64,000 nt of DNA from the NCBI GenBank assembly GCA_016744335.1, contig JADGEO010000008.1:15736-79735 (forward strand), written 5' to 3'. Under the pieces are notes generated by a model. The model searched no databases, was not told the origin of the DNA, and was given only the letters and a program-made list of their open reading frames with translations. Shown in pieces: positions 54,607 through 62,877 of this stretch (its first letter is position 1; every line of letters starts with the position of its first letter). The stretch comes from Anaerolineales bacterium (GTDB lineage: Bacteria; Chloroflexota; Anaerolineae; Anaerolineales; Villigracilaceae). Made by a program: the position numbers and the translations under genes.

Positions 54607-54743
54607 AGTTGACGCTCTTAATTTGAACTTGAGTGCAGATAGTGAGCATTTTCTTAGTGTAAGCTGTGTGAGGCGTTCACACTAAGATTCTGTTGGGGTT
54701 TTTGCACGCCTGCTAAAAACACGTACGGTACGGAGTTTCATCC
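54607..54743 (+). repeat. structured intergenic element, copy F (CTTGAGTGC-core family)
   Basis: It has TTGAACTTGAGTGC at 54623-54636. P3 is a perfect stem, TCTTAGTGT (54652-54660) / ACACTAAGA (54679-54687). It ends in TCATCC (54738-54743), like copies C and D. Confidence 0.65.
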
Positions 54744-54950
54744 AAATTATTTAGCTTAAAAAAACTATTCCTACATATGTTATTCTGACAGAGAATAAAA
54801 AAAACACCAATAGGGGGATTCCCTACGCATAAAATAAGGGAAACGCTTTGATTTAGATTGGCGCATCCCCGATGATTTCAATCATCGGTTCAAGCAAGAA
54901 TTATCAGGCTAATTCTTGCTGAACCTGAATTTTACTCCCAATTAGTTTTT

Positions 54951-55712
54951 CTATTTTATATCTAATCCTGTAAGTTTTGTCAGCCCTTTATGCATTAATA
55001 AGAAGGGTAAAAGCAAGAAGATGTGCACACCTGCACTTAATCCAAAAATAGCGGCGACAGATTGAAAGAAGATATTCAATGGAGGGGCGATATTTTTCAG
55101 CATCCATACCCCTGCGCCAGCAAATATAGCAATTGTGAGTAGAAAGATGATAACGCCAGCCAAAGGTAGCCAAGCTTGTCTATCTGATTCTGAGGGAAGC
55201 ATGGTACTGCTCACGGTGAAGGTGAGATAAAACCAGAGCAGAAAATCGGGCAGTGAAGGTAGCAATGCTAATCCAGACCAAAAGGCCATAAAATCTGCTT
55301 GACGAAGTGCGTCCCAAAGTGGCAGGAGATTTAGCTTATATACCGCCGCGTAAGAGATAAATAATCCGCCGACAATAAGGGGCGCCATGCCAATGAGTGA
55401 ATCTCGTAGAATATCTGCTTTAGAGACTTCTACATATCCTAATCTTAAGCGTCCGTCAGGCATAGATTCTGGGATGAGGGAGACTTTTCCCGTTGGGACA
55501 AATAAAATTTTAGCCATAAGAAAATGGCTGAGTTCGTGTAGGAATACGCCGGGGAAAAAGAGCAATGAAAATAAAATCATTGTGATATTGGCGCGGCGCG
55601 TTAGAATTAACAAAACAGCTTGAATCTCACGATGCAAGCCGCGTTGTAAAAATATAAATGGCACCAGCATTAGCAGGAGCCAGATTAATCCGTTGAGGAG
55701 GGAGATATTCAA
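54951..55712 (-). CDS. polytopic membrane protein with HExxH motif (putative intramembrane zinc metalloprotease-like)
   Basis: This 253-aa ORF has ~6 hydrophobic segments. An HELSH motif lies at the end of a TM segment (VFLHELSHFLMAK). The family assignment is tentative (DUF3267/M50B-like). Confidence 0.5.
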   Translation of the reverse strand: MNISLLNGLIWLLLMLVPFIFLQRGLHREIQAVLLILTRRANITMILFSLLFFPGVFLHELSHFLMAKILFVPTGKVSLIPESMPDGRLRLGYVEVSKADILRDSLIGMAPLIVGGLFISYAAVYKLNLLPLWDALRQADFMAFWSGLALLPSLPDFLLWFYLTFTVSSTMLPSESDRQAWLPLAGVIIFLLTIAIFAGAGVWMLKNIAPPLNIFFQSVAAIFGLSAGVHIFLLLPFLLMHKGLTKLTGLDIK

Positions 55713-55721
55713 TGTACGTTG

Positions 55722-55763
55722 CGGATTGCGGATTGCGTAATTTTTTACGCAATCCGCAATCCG
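55722..55763. repeat. perfect 19-bp inverted repeat built from tandem GGATTGC heptamers
   Basis: The arms are CGGATTGCGGATTGCGTAA (55722-55740) and TTACGCAATCCGCAATCCG (55745-55763), separated by a TTTT loop. It lies between the tpiA stop and the next gene start, and no U-run follows on either strand. Confidence 0.8.
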
Positions 55764-55772
55764 AATTAGGTT

Positions 55773-56516
55773 TTAGTTTTGCGCGGCAAGCACAATTTCG
55801 GTGAATGCGTCTGCTTTGAGTGATGCGCCGCCGACTAAGGCACCATCTATATCAGATTGGGAGAAGTATTCAACAGCGTTGCTTCCTTTGACTGAGCCAC
55901 CGTATAGAATACGGATTTTCTCGGCTTCTTCTTTGCCAAAAAGTTCGGCTAAAACGGAGCGAATTATTTTGATGGTGCTGTTTGCGCCATCGGCTGTTGC
56001 GGCAAGACCAGTGCCAATTGCCCAAATAGGTTCGTAGGCAATCACTAAATTTGTGTTTACGTCTTTTAGTCCCTCTTTGATTTGGCGGGTAACGACTTCG
56101 CTTGTTTTATCGGCTTTGTTTTCTTCAAGACTTTCGCCAACGCAAATAATGGGCATTATGCCTTCACTTTGAGCGGCTTTAACTTTTTTATTGACGGTCT
56201 CATCGGTCTCGCCGAAATAGGCGCGGCGTTCAGAGTGACCCAAGATGACAAAGTTGGCAAATTCGCTCACCATAGCGGGAGCAAGTTCACCCGTGTACGC
56301 ACCGCCAGATTCCCAGTGCATATTTTGGGCACCGAGTTTAATCGCTGTTCCCTCTAATAATGCGGCTACGGGGAGTAGAGCAGACGATGGTGGGCAGAGA
56401 ACAATTTCTGCCTTATTCATTTCTTTTACAAGTGGAATAAACTCAGAAACTAATTCACGAGCTTCTGAGACAGTTTTATTCATTTTCCAGTTTCCAGCAA
56501 TAATGGGGATTCTCAT
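55773..56516 (-). CDS. tpiA: triosephosphate isomerase
   Basis: TpiA motifs are present: IIAGNWKMN, ILGHSERR, AYEPIWAIGTG, YGGSV. Confidence 0.96.
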   Translation of the reverse strand: MRIPIIAGNWKMNKTVSEARELVSEFIPLVKEMNKAEIVLCPPSSALLPVAALLEGTAIKLGAQNMHWESGGAYTGELAPAMVSEFANFVILGHSERRAYFGETDETVNKKVKAAQSEGIMPIICVGESLEENKADKTSEVVTRQIKEGLKDVNTNLVIAYEPIWAIGTGLAATADGANSTIKIIRSVLAELFGKEEAEKIRILYGGSVKGSNAVEYFSQSDIDGALVGGASLKADAFTEIVLAAQN

Positions 56517-56528
56517 ATTATTTTCTCC

Positions 56529-58346
56529 TTAGGGGATTTGGTTTAGGGCATTGTCAATTTCGTTTGCTATCCAGTCGGGGATGTTGGGGTTCTCCCAGAT
56601 AGATTCTAAAATTCCGCGGGCTTCATCGTATTCGCCCTGTTGAATGTGCATTTCTGCTTTTAGTAGGCTGGCTTCAGGGGAATAAGGGGCATTTCTTCTT
56701 GCTTCTCCTAAAAGGAGAAGAGCTTCTTTCTTGTCACCATGATAAAACTCATGGCGGGCTTGAGCGACTAGCATAAGAGTAGGGTCTGTGTTACCTATTC
56801 TTTCAAGGAGATTCTCTAAATTTTTAGATATGGGTAAGGCAGATGTTTTGTACACGCTTTCACCAAGTGCTTCTCGCAAATATATATGTTCTTCCCCGTT
56901 ATTCGCAGGCATATTTTCTATTGCATGTAGAAGCATCATGGCGGCACCGCTCCAATACTCTCTGTCCATAAATTCGTAGCCCGCACCTTCGTAAAGATCA
57001 ATATCGTCCCCGCCTATTCTTTCTATAGCTATAATCTCTTTTTGAATCTCTTCTCTATTTCCTGGGGTTTCTTCGAGTAGTATTATAGCAAGTTCTAAAT
57101 GGGCATAGGGATTATCAGGTTCATCATCTACCCATTCCCTAGCCTCTTCTAGTCTATCTGTTTCTTCTTGTCCTATAGGGGGAAGAGGTGCATCGGGGCG
57201 ATTCAATTCTTCGGAGGCTTCGTAACCATTTTCTATATTTTCAGCCTCTGATAAACGATCAAAAAGTCCATCTTGGGCTATTGCGTTTAAGAAGAAAAAA
57301 AACGCAATAAGCAGAAGAATGCCAGCAGTAACAAAAACCCAAACTTTAGATTTTTTCTTTGATTTTTCTGTAATTTTTGTTGTTTTTTGGGCTTCAATTG
57401 CTTCTAATTTTTCGGGCGCAAGGGTAGCGGCTTCTGCTCTATCCAAAACATCAGGTGGTGGAGGTATAGGGATATTTTGAATAGGCGAGGTCATTGTGGC
57501 ATCTGCCATATCTACATTAGAATCGTCCCATGCTTTTTTGAAAGCGATATTTAATGCTTCTACACTTTCGTAACGATCTTCACGCTCTTTAGCAAGAGCT
57601 TTTAGCAAGACTCTCTCTACTTCATCGGGCACATTTGGGTTAACCAAATGAGGCAAAGGTAGAGGCGAATAAATATGGTCGTGAATAATAGAGAAGGGAG
57701 TATCAGAACTAAATGGCACTTTTCCTACCACCATTTCATAAAGCATCACGGCAAAAGAATAAATATCGGTACGATTGTCGAGATCTTTCTCCCCTTTTGC
57801 CTGCTCAGGTGAGATATATTGGGGTGTGCCCATAATCATGTCAGAAGAAAGGGTAGATTCACCCGATTGGGCAATCCGCGCCAAGCCGAAATCGGCAAGA
57901 TAGGCTTTACCATCTTTTGCCATAATCACATTCGAGGGCTTAATATCACGGTGTAAAATGCCTTGCTGATGTGCATGTCCTAAACCTGCGCCAACAGCTT
58001 CAACCACTTTCCATACTTCATCTACCTCTAAGCGACCTTTATTTAAATCTGCCTTGAGCGTATCCCCTTCTATATATTTCATCACCAAATAAGGTTGTTC
58101 ATCGTGCTCAGCAAAATCATAAACAGGCACGATATTGGGGTGTTCTAATCTAGCAACAAGCCGTGCTTCACGCTGAAAACGCGCTAAAAAGTTAGGGTCT
58201 TCTAAAAAGGCAGGGTGCAAAACCTTAAGCGCAACATAACGGTCTAAATTGGCATGATAGGCTTTATATACCGTTGCCATACCACCGCGCCCCAGCTTTT
58301 CCATTACTCTATAAGAGCCTACATTTTCGCCTTCATTGAAAGCCAT
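56529..58346 (-). CDS. Hanks-type Ser/Thr protein kinase with a TM segment and an extracytoplasmic helical-repeat (TPR-like) C-terminal region
   Basis: Kinase motifs are present: GRGGMATVYKA, HRDIKPSNV, DFGLA, GTPQYISPE. The TM segment is VWVFVTAGILLLIAFFFFL. I placed the start at MAFNEGENVGSYRV (ATG 58346) rather than the ORF-track start 58469. Confidence 0.88.
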   Translation of the reverse strand: MAFNEGENVGSYRVMEKLGRGGMATVYKAYHANLDRYVALKVLHPAFLEDPNFLARFQREARLVARLEHPNIVPVYDFAEHDEQPYLVMKYIEGDTLKADLNKGRLEVDEVWKVVEAVGAGLGHAHQQGILHRDIKPSNVIMAKDGKAYLADFGLARIAQSGESTLSSDMIMGTPQYISPEQAKGEKDLDNRTDIYSFAVMLYEMVVGKVPFSSDTPFSIIHDHIYSPLPLPHLVNPNVPDEVERVLLKALAKEREDRYESVEALNIAFKKAWDDSNVDMADATMTSPIQNIPIPPPPDVLDRAEAATLAPEKLEAIEAQKTTKITEKSKKKSKVWVFVTAGILLLIAFFFFLNAIAQDGLFDRLSEAENIENGYEASEELNRPDAPLPPIGQEETDRLEEAREWVDDEPDNPYAHLELAIILLEETPGNREEIQKEIIAIERIGGDDIDLYEGAGYEFMDREYWSGAAMMLLHAIENMPANNGEEHIYLREALGESVYKTSALPISKNLENLLERIGNTDPTLMLVAQARHEFYHGDKKEALLLLGEARRNAPYSPEASLLKAEMHIQQGEYDEARGILESIWENPNIPDWIANEIDNALNQIP

Positions 58347-58567
58347 GAATTTGTCCTTAGTTGGATAGTTTTGTGATTTGATTTCTAAATTATAGCCCAA
58401 TTCAAAAGAATTATGTTTTCTAGAGGGTGCCTGATTCCAAATTTCATTTCTCCAATTTAGATATTGCACAGGCTAATATTTGAGCTTCTTTTCAAGCAGA
58501 TTAAAACTAATTATAGGCGCAAAAGCTGTGAAGAGGTTGAGAGAGCACCTTCTTAGCGATACTATCA

Positions 58568-58601
58568 TAAAAAGACCCCGTTTTTTCAAAAAACGGGGTC
58601 T
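58568..58601 (-). terminator. intrinsic terminator downstream of pgk
   Basis: On the minus strand the hairpin is AGACCCCGTTTTTT-G-AAAAAACGGGGTCT, followed by TTTT. It begins 7 nt after the pgk stop. Confidence 0.8.
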
Positions 58602-58607
58602 CGAAAT

Positions 58608-59783
58608 TTATTTGTCTGCCAGCGCAGATACACCAGGCAATATCTTACCTTCGAGCATCTCTAGCGATGCTCCTCCCCCCGTAGAAATATGGCTCACTTT
58701 ATTGTCTAAGTTAGCTTCTTTGATTGCGGCAACCGAGTCACCGCCGCCGATAACACTAACTACATCTGCATTTGCAACAGCTTCGGCAACGCCGAAGGTG
58801 CCTTTGGCAAAATTTGGAAATTCAAAAACGCCCATGGGACCATTCCAAACAACCGTTTTAGACTTTTGGATGATGGATGCGTACGCGACGACTGTGGCAG
58901 GTCCTATATCTAAAATCCGCCAGCCAGTGGGGACATCGCCAATCGGCACGACCTTGTTTTCAGCTTGGTTGCTAAAATCGGACGCGATTGCTACGTCAAC
59001 GGGAAGCACTAATGCGTCCCCAGCTTTTTCTATTAATTCTTTGGCAGTGGCAATAGCGTCATCTTCTACCAATGAATCAGCCAGATCATAGCCCTGTGCC
59101 TTGAAGAATGTATTCGCCATCCCGCCGCCGATGAGAATTTTATCGGTTTTGGCGAGTAGGTTGGTGATTACGCCAATTTTATCGCTCACCTTTGCGCCGC
59201 CTAAAATGGCAATAAAAGGTTTTTCGGCATTAGCAATGGTGTTGCCGAGATATTTTAATTCTTTTTCCAGCAAAAAACCCGCCGCAGAGGGGAGCAATTC
59301 TGCTACGCCTACGTTTGATGCGTGGGCGCGGTGTGCTGTGCCGAAAGCGTCATTAACGAAGACATCGGCTAAAGCGGCAAGTTCTTTTGCCATTGCGGGG
59401 TCATTTTTTTTCTCACCAGCATGAAAACGGGTGTTTTCGAGTAAGAGAATTTCGCCAACTTTCAAAGATGATGCGGCTGTTTGGGCAACGTCACCAAGAC
59501 AGTTGTCTGCGAATTTGACGGGCATTCCGATTACTTCCGCTAGATGTTTGGCAACGGGAGCAAGTGAAAATTCAGGTTTGGCTTCGCCTTTTGGTCGTCC
59601 CAGATGAGAACATAGAATGACTTTCGTATCCTGATCCAATAAGTATTTAATGGTCGGCAGCGCGGCTTGAATTCGGGTATCGTCTCCCACCATCCCGTCG
59701 TTAATCGGGACATTGAAATCCACACGCACGAGCACTTTTTTATCTTTGACGTTGAGGTCTTTTAGTGTTTTTTTGTTGAGCAT
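58608..59783 (-). CDS. pgk: phosphoglycerate kinase
   Basis: Pgk motifs are present: [37 protein letters not shown] placed the start at [10 protein letters not shown] (ATG 59783), which has a GGAG SD. Confidence 0.96.
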   Translation of the reverse strand: MLNKKTLKDLNVKDKKVLVRVDFNVPINDGMVGDDTRIQAALPTIKYLLDQDTKVILCSHLGRPKGEAKPEFSLAPVAKHLAEVIGMPVKFADNCLGDVAQTAASSLKVGEILLLENTRFHAGEKKNDPAMAKELAALADVFVNDAFGTAHRAHASNVGVAELLPSAAGFLLEKELKYLGNTIANAEKPFIAILGGAKVSDKIGVITNLLAKTDKILIGGGMANTFFKAQGYDLADSLVEDDAIATAKELIEKAGDALVLPVDVAIASDFSNQAENKVVPIGDVPTGWRILDIGPATVVAYASIIQKSKTVVWNGPMGVFEFPNFAKGTFGVAEAVANADVVSVIGGGDSVAAIKEANLDNKVSHISTGGGASLEMLEGKILPGVSALADK

Positions 59784-59793
59784 ATTTTTCTCC

Positions 59794-59864
59794 AAAAAAA
59801 ACGTGAAACATGAAAACGTGATGCGTGATAAAAAATCACGTTTCACGCACCACGTTTCACGTTT
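59794..59864 (-). terminator. terminator/attenuator-like compound hairpin between gap and pgk
   Basis: On the minus strand, an 11-bp perfect closing stem AAACGTGAAAC / GTTTCACGTTT (59854-59864 with 59799-59809) encloses a CGTGAT-TTTTT-ATCACG hairpin. A U-run follows and abuts the pgk SD. Confidence 0.55.
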
Positions 59865-59890
59865 AAAGTTTTAGAACTAATTAAATAAGT

Positions 59891-60913
59891 TTACAGACTT
59901 TTTGCAATTTTTGCCGCAAAATCGGTCAGGCGGGTGGCGTAGCCCCACTCGTTGTCGTACCAAGAGACAACTTTGACCATATTGCCATCCATAACGGCGG
60001 TGAGGTCGGCATCTACGATGGAGGAGCGTTCGTCGCCTTTATAATCCATAGAAACAAGGGGTTCTTCGCTGAAGCCGAGGAAGCCTTTCATTGCGCCTTC
60101 AGATGCGGCTTTGAGGGCGGCATTTACTTCTTCTGCGGTGGTTTCTTTTTCAACTTCAAAGACTGCGTCTACAATAGAGACGGTGGGGGTGGGAACGCGC
60201 AGGGAGTAGCCATCGAGTTTGCCTTTGAGTTCGGGGATGACGAGGGCGATTGCTTTTGCCGCACCAGTAGATGTGGGGATGATGTTGATGGCGGCAGCGC
60301 GAGCGCGGCGTGGGTCGCTATCGGCAAGATCGAGCACGTTTTGGCTGGTGGTATAAGAGTGGATGGTGGTCATCAACCCTTTTTTGATGGTGAAGTTATC
60401 ATTGATAACTTTGCTAAAAGGAGCCAAGCAGTTGGTGGTGCAAGATGCGTTAGAAACGATGTGGTGATTGGCGGGGTCGTAGTCTTGGTCATTTACGCCC
60501 ATAACTGCGGTGAAAACATCGCCGCCTTTGGCTGGGGCGGTAAGAATAACTTTCTTTGCGCCAGCTTCGATATGAGATTGGGGACCAGGGGTAGTGGTGG
60601 GGTCACGGAAGACGCCGGTGCCTTCAAAAACAATCTCTACGCCCAGTTCGCCCCAAGGGAGGTCGGCGGGGTTGCGTTCAGCAGTAACTTTGATAGTTTT
60701 GCCATCAATAACGAGATTGCCATCTACAACTTCAACGTCACCGTCAAATTTGCCATAGCTTGAGTCATATTTGAAAAGTTGCGCGTTTGTCTCTGTATCC
60801 CAAAGATCGTTGATCCCGACTACTTCCAATTCTTCTGGGTAGCGTTCTAAAACAATTTTGAGCAATTGGCGACCGATACGTCCAAATCCGTTAATACCTA
60901 CTTTTGTTGTCAT
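59891..60913 (-). CDS. gap: glyceraldehyde-3-phosphate dehydrogenase (type I)
   Basis: Gap motifs are present: [11 protein letters not shown], the active-site [12 protein letters not shown], and WYDNEWGY. Confidence 0.97.
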   Translation of the reverse strand: MTTKVGINGFGRIGRQLLKIVLERYPEELEVVGINDLWDTETNAQLFKYDSSYGKFDGDVEVVDGNLVIDGKTIKVTAERNPADLPWGELGVEIVFEGTGVFRDPTTTPGPQSHIEAGAKKVILTAPAKGGDVFTAVMGVNDQDYDPANHHIVSNASCTTNCLAPFSKVINDNFTIKKGLMTTIHSYTTSQNVLDLADSDPRRARAAAINIIPTSTGAAKAIALVIPELKGKLDGYSLRVPTPTVSIVDAVFEVEKETTAEEVNAALKAASEGAMKGFLGFSEEPLVSMDYKGDERSSIVDADLTAVMDGNMVKVVSWYDNEWGYATRLTDFAAKIAKSL

Positions 60914-61106
60914 TATTAAATCTCCTTAATTATGAGGTCTGTGTCTTTTAGAAAAACACAGTGAGTTTGTGATTTTTTTTGCAAAACCTATTGTATCTCA
61001 TTTTTGTTTAGATGGTAAATTATAACCCACTCGCTCTGATTGCTCTAAAAACTCAGTTGCTCCCCAAAAAGCACTCAACTTTTCCCCAAGATGATAAAAT
61101 AGCCCT

Positions 61107-61133
61107 TGTCACTCCTGTCACCCCTGTCACCCC
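61107..61133 (+). repeat. three direct TGTCAC repeats with 9-bp period immediately upstream of the kinase gene
   Basis: TGTCAC occurs at 61107, 61116 and 61125, each followed by TCC or CCC. The array ends 13 nt before ATG 61146. Confidence 0.7.
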
Positions 61134-61145
61134 TTGGTATACCCC

Positions 61146-62687
61146 ATGCTCCCTACCCTCCCCGACTTCCGTGTTCGTCAACGAGATTATCTTCTCGAAA
61201 TAACCCGTGCCATTACCCAAGAACTTAATCTCGATAAACTTCTTGCTCGTATTCTGCGCATCTCTATAGAAATGCTTGCAGGTCAAGCGGGTCTTATCGC
61301 GCTTAAAAAAGATGAGGGGTGGCTCGTTGGTTCGGCGCAAAAAATCCCCCCTGCATTGCTCGATTATCTAAAGCCCCTCCTTGCCGAAGAAACTGTCTCT
61401 GAGTTTGACATCAACGAACTAAATAGAATGCTCAAAAGCCTTGCTTATACATCCAGCCGTGGTCTGCTCAATGGCGTTGGGCTTCCGCTCGTAGCCCACC
61501 AGCAGGTAATTGGCGTAATCTTCATCTTTCGTAACTACGCCGATTTATTCTCTCTCAATGACAAAAGACTGCTCCGTGCCTTCGCCGACCAAGCCGCCAC
61601 AGCCGTTTATAATGCTCAACTTTATGGGCAAGTGAGCTACGAAAAGCAACGTCTCGATGCCCTTTTAGAATCTGCCGCCGATGGCATTCTTATCCTTAAC
61701 GCCGATCACACAATAGAGCGCGTTAATAGTGCTTTTCAGAAACTATATGGTCAGCCCCGTGAGCAAATTACAGGCAAAGCACATGCCGAAATTATTCGCT
61801 GGGCAACTGACCCACATGGCGCAACCCTCGAAGAATCCGAATCCGAAGGTTGGCCCCTCACCCCCAACGCCTCTCTCTATGTCGAAGGAGATTTGTATCG
61901 CTCCGATCCGCCCAACCTCCCTGTAGGGGTCACTTACGCACCCTTATTTTCTGCCGATGACAGCCTTCGAAACATCTTCATCACCGTGCGAGATATTACC
62001 CATTTCCGCACCGCAGAGCAGGTTAAAAGCACTTTTATTTCTGTCGTTAGCCACGAACTTCGCACCCCTGTTGCCCTCATCAAGGGCTACGCCAGCACCC
62101 TTCGCCGTGATGACGCTCGCTGGGACAGAGAAGTTATCGAAGATAGCCTGATGGTCATCGAAGACGAAGCCGACCGCCTAGCAAAAATGATAGACGATTT
62201 ATTGGACGCTTCGCGATTCCAAGCAGGCGGATTAAGCCTCAATCGCCTCGATATCTCCATACAGAATCTTGCCATTCAGCTAGCGGAACGCCACATGACC
62301 CAAGCAGGAGCGCGGCAAATCAGCACCACCTTCCCCGAGCATTTCCCGTTAATTTTCGCAGATGAAACACGGATTCGCCAAGTGCTCACCAATCTTATCT
62401 CCAACGCCATTAAATACGCCCCTGAAGGCAATATCACCATCAGCGGAGAAGCGCGTCCCGAACAAATTATCCTCTGCGTCACGGACGAAGGTCCCGGCAT
62501 AGAACCCAAAGATATGCCTCACATCTTCGATAGATTCTACAGAGCCACAGAATCGGTTAATAAAACAAAAGGCGCCGGGCTGGGACTCTACCTCGCCCGC
62601 GCCATCATAGAAGCTCACGGCGGCAGAATGTGGATAGACTCCAAAGCCACCGAAGGCGCACGGATTTGTTTCTCGTTGCCGAGGTAG
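61146..62687 (+). CDS. cytoplasmic sensor histidine kinase (GAF - PAS - HisKA - HATPase)
   Basis: A GAF-like N-terminus (LLEITRAITQELNLDKLLARIL) and PAS (AADGILILNADHTIERVNSAF) are present. The H-box is SHELRTPVAL and the G-boxes are DEGPGIEPKD..GAGLGLYLA. The ORF-track start is TTG 61134, but ATG 61146 is likelier. Confidence 0.88.
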   Translation: MLPTLPDFRVRQRDYLLEITRAITQELNLDKLLARILRISIEMLAGQAGLIALKKDEGWLVGSAQKIPPALLDYLKPLLAEETVSEFDINELNRMLKSLAYTSSRGLLNGVGLPLVAHQQVIGVIFIFRNYADLFSLNDKRLLRAFADQAATAVYNAQLYGQVSYEKQRLDALLESAADGILILNADHTIERVNSAFQKLYGQPREQITGKAHAEIIRWATDPHGATLEESESEGWPLTPNASLYVEGDLYRSDPPNLPVGVTYAPLFSADDSLRNIFITVRDITHFRTAEQVKSTFISVVSHELRTPVALIKGYASTLRRDDARWDREVIEDSLMVIEDEADRLAKMIDDLLDASRFQAGGLSLNRLDISIQNLAIQLAERHMTQAGARQISTTFPEHFPLIFADETRIRQVLTNLISNAIKYAPEGNITISGEARPEQIILCVTDEGPGIEPKDMPHIFDRFYRATESVNKTKGAGLGLYLARAIIEAHGGRMWIDSKATEGARICFSLPR

Positions 62688-62781
62688 AAAAATATACTAA
62701 TTCCTCAAAAAAATCAGGTGAGTTTAGATAAAACTATCTGAAATTTAATGCCTTTGCCTTATTTTTTCTTTTTAGGGCAAC

Positions 62782-62810
62782 TTGCCGAATATATAAATAA
62801 ATTGTATACT
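62782..62810 (+). promoter_or_regulatory. candidate sigma70-type promoter for the BMP lipoprotein gene
   Basis: TTGCCG (62782-62787), a 17-nt spacer and TATACT (62805-62810) lie ~68 nt upstream of the ATG, which has an AAGGAG SD. Confidence 0.4.
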
Positions 62811-62877
62811 TGGCGAAGCGCGAGCATTTGTAGACTTGCGTTAATTTATTCGATGTAGTAAAGAAGGAGTAAGAAAA

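Noticed and set aside
54623-54660. TTGAAC at 54623, considered as a plus-strand -35 box by analogy with the ruvB promoter, which contains the same TTGAACTTGAGTGC sequence
   Set aside because: No acceptable -10 lies 16-19 nt downstream (GCATTT), and no plus-strand gene follows. Here the motif is better explained as one arm of the structured repeat.
58480-59091. A 203-aa plus-strand ORF opposite pgk. Similar long antisense ORFs lie opposite gap (60341-60763), the hybrid kinases (20148-20510, 20760-21200, 25259-25654), KAP, ftsZ and others.
   Set aside because: All lie entirely inside strongly supported genes on the other strand and show Ser/Ala/Pro/Arg-rich antisense-type composition. I treated them as non-coding.
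15028-59846. The longer N-terminal extensions offered by the ORF track for several genes (starts at 15028, 18927, 24711, 35598, 43374, 45946, 47992, 58469, 59846, 11424, 61134)
   Set aside because: In each case an internal ATG fits better. It is preceded by a GGAG-type SD, coincides with the beginning of a REC domain, lipoprotein signal peptide or conserved N-terminus, or avoids a terminator stem. The longer versions remain possible, notably 35598 and 47992, which would overlap the upstream kinase or remnant stop codons.
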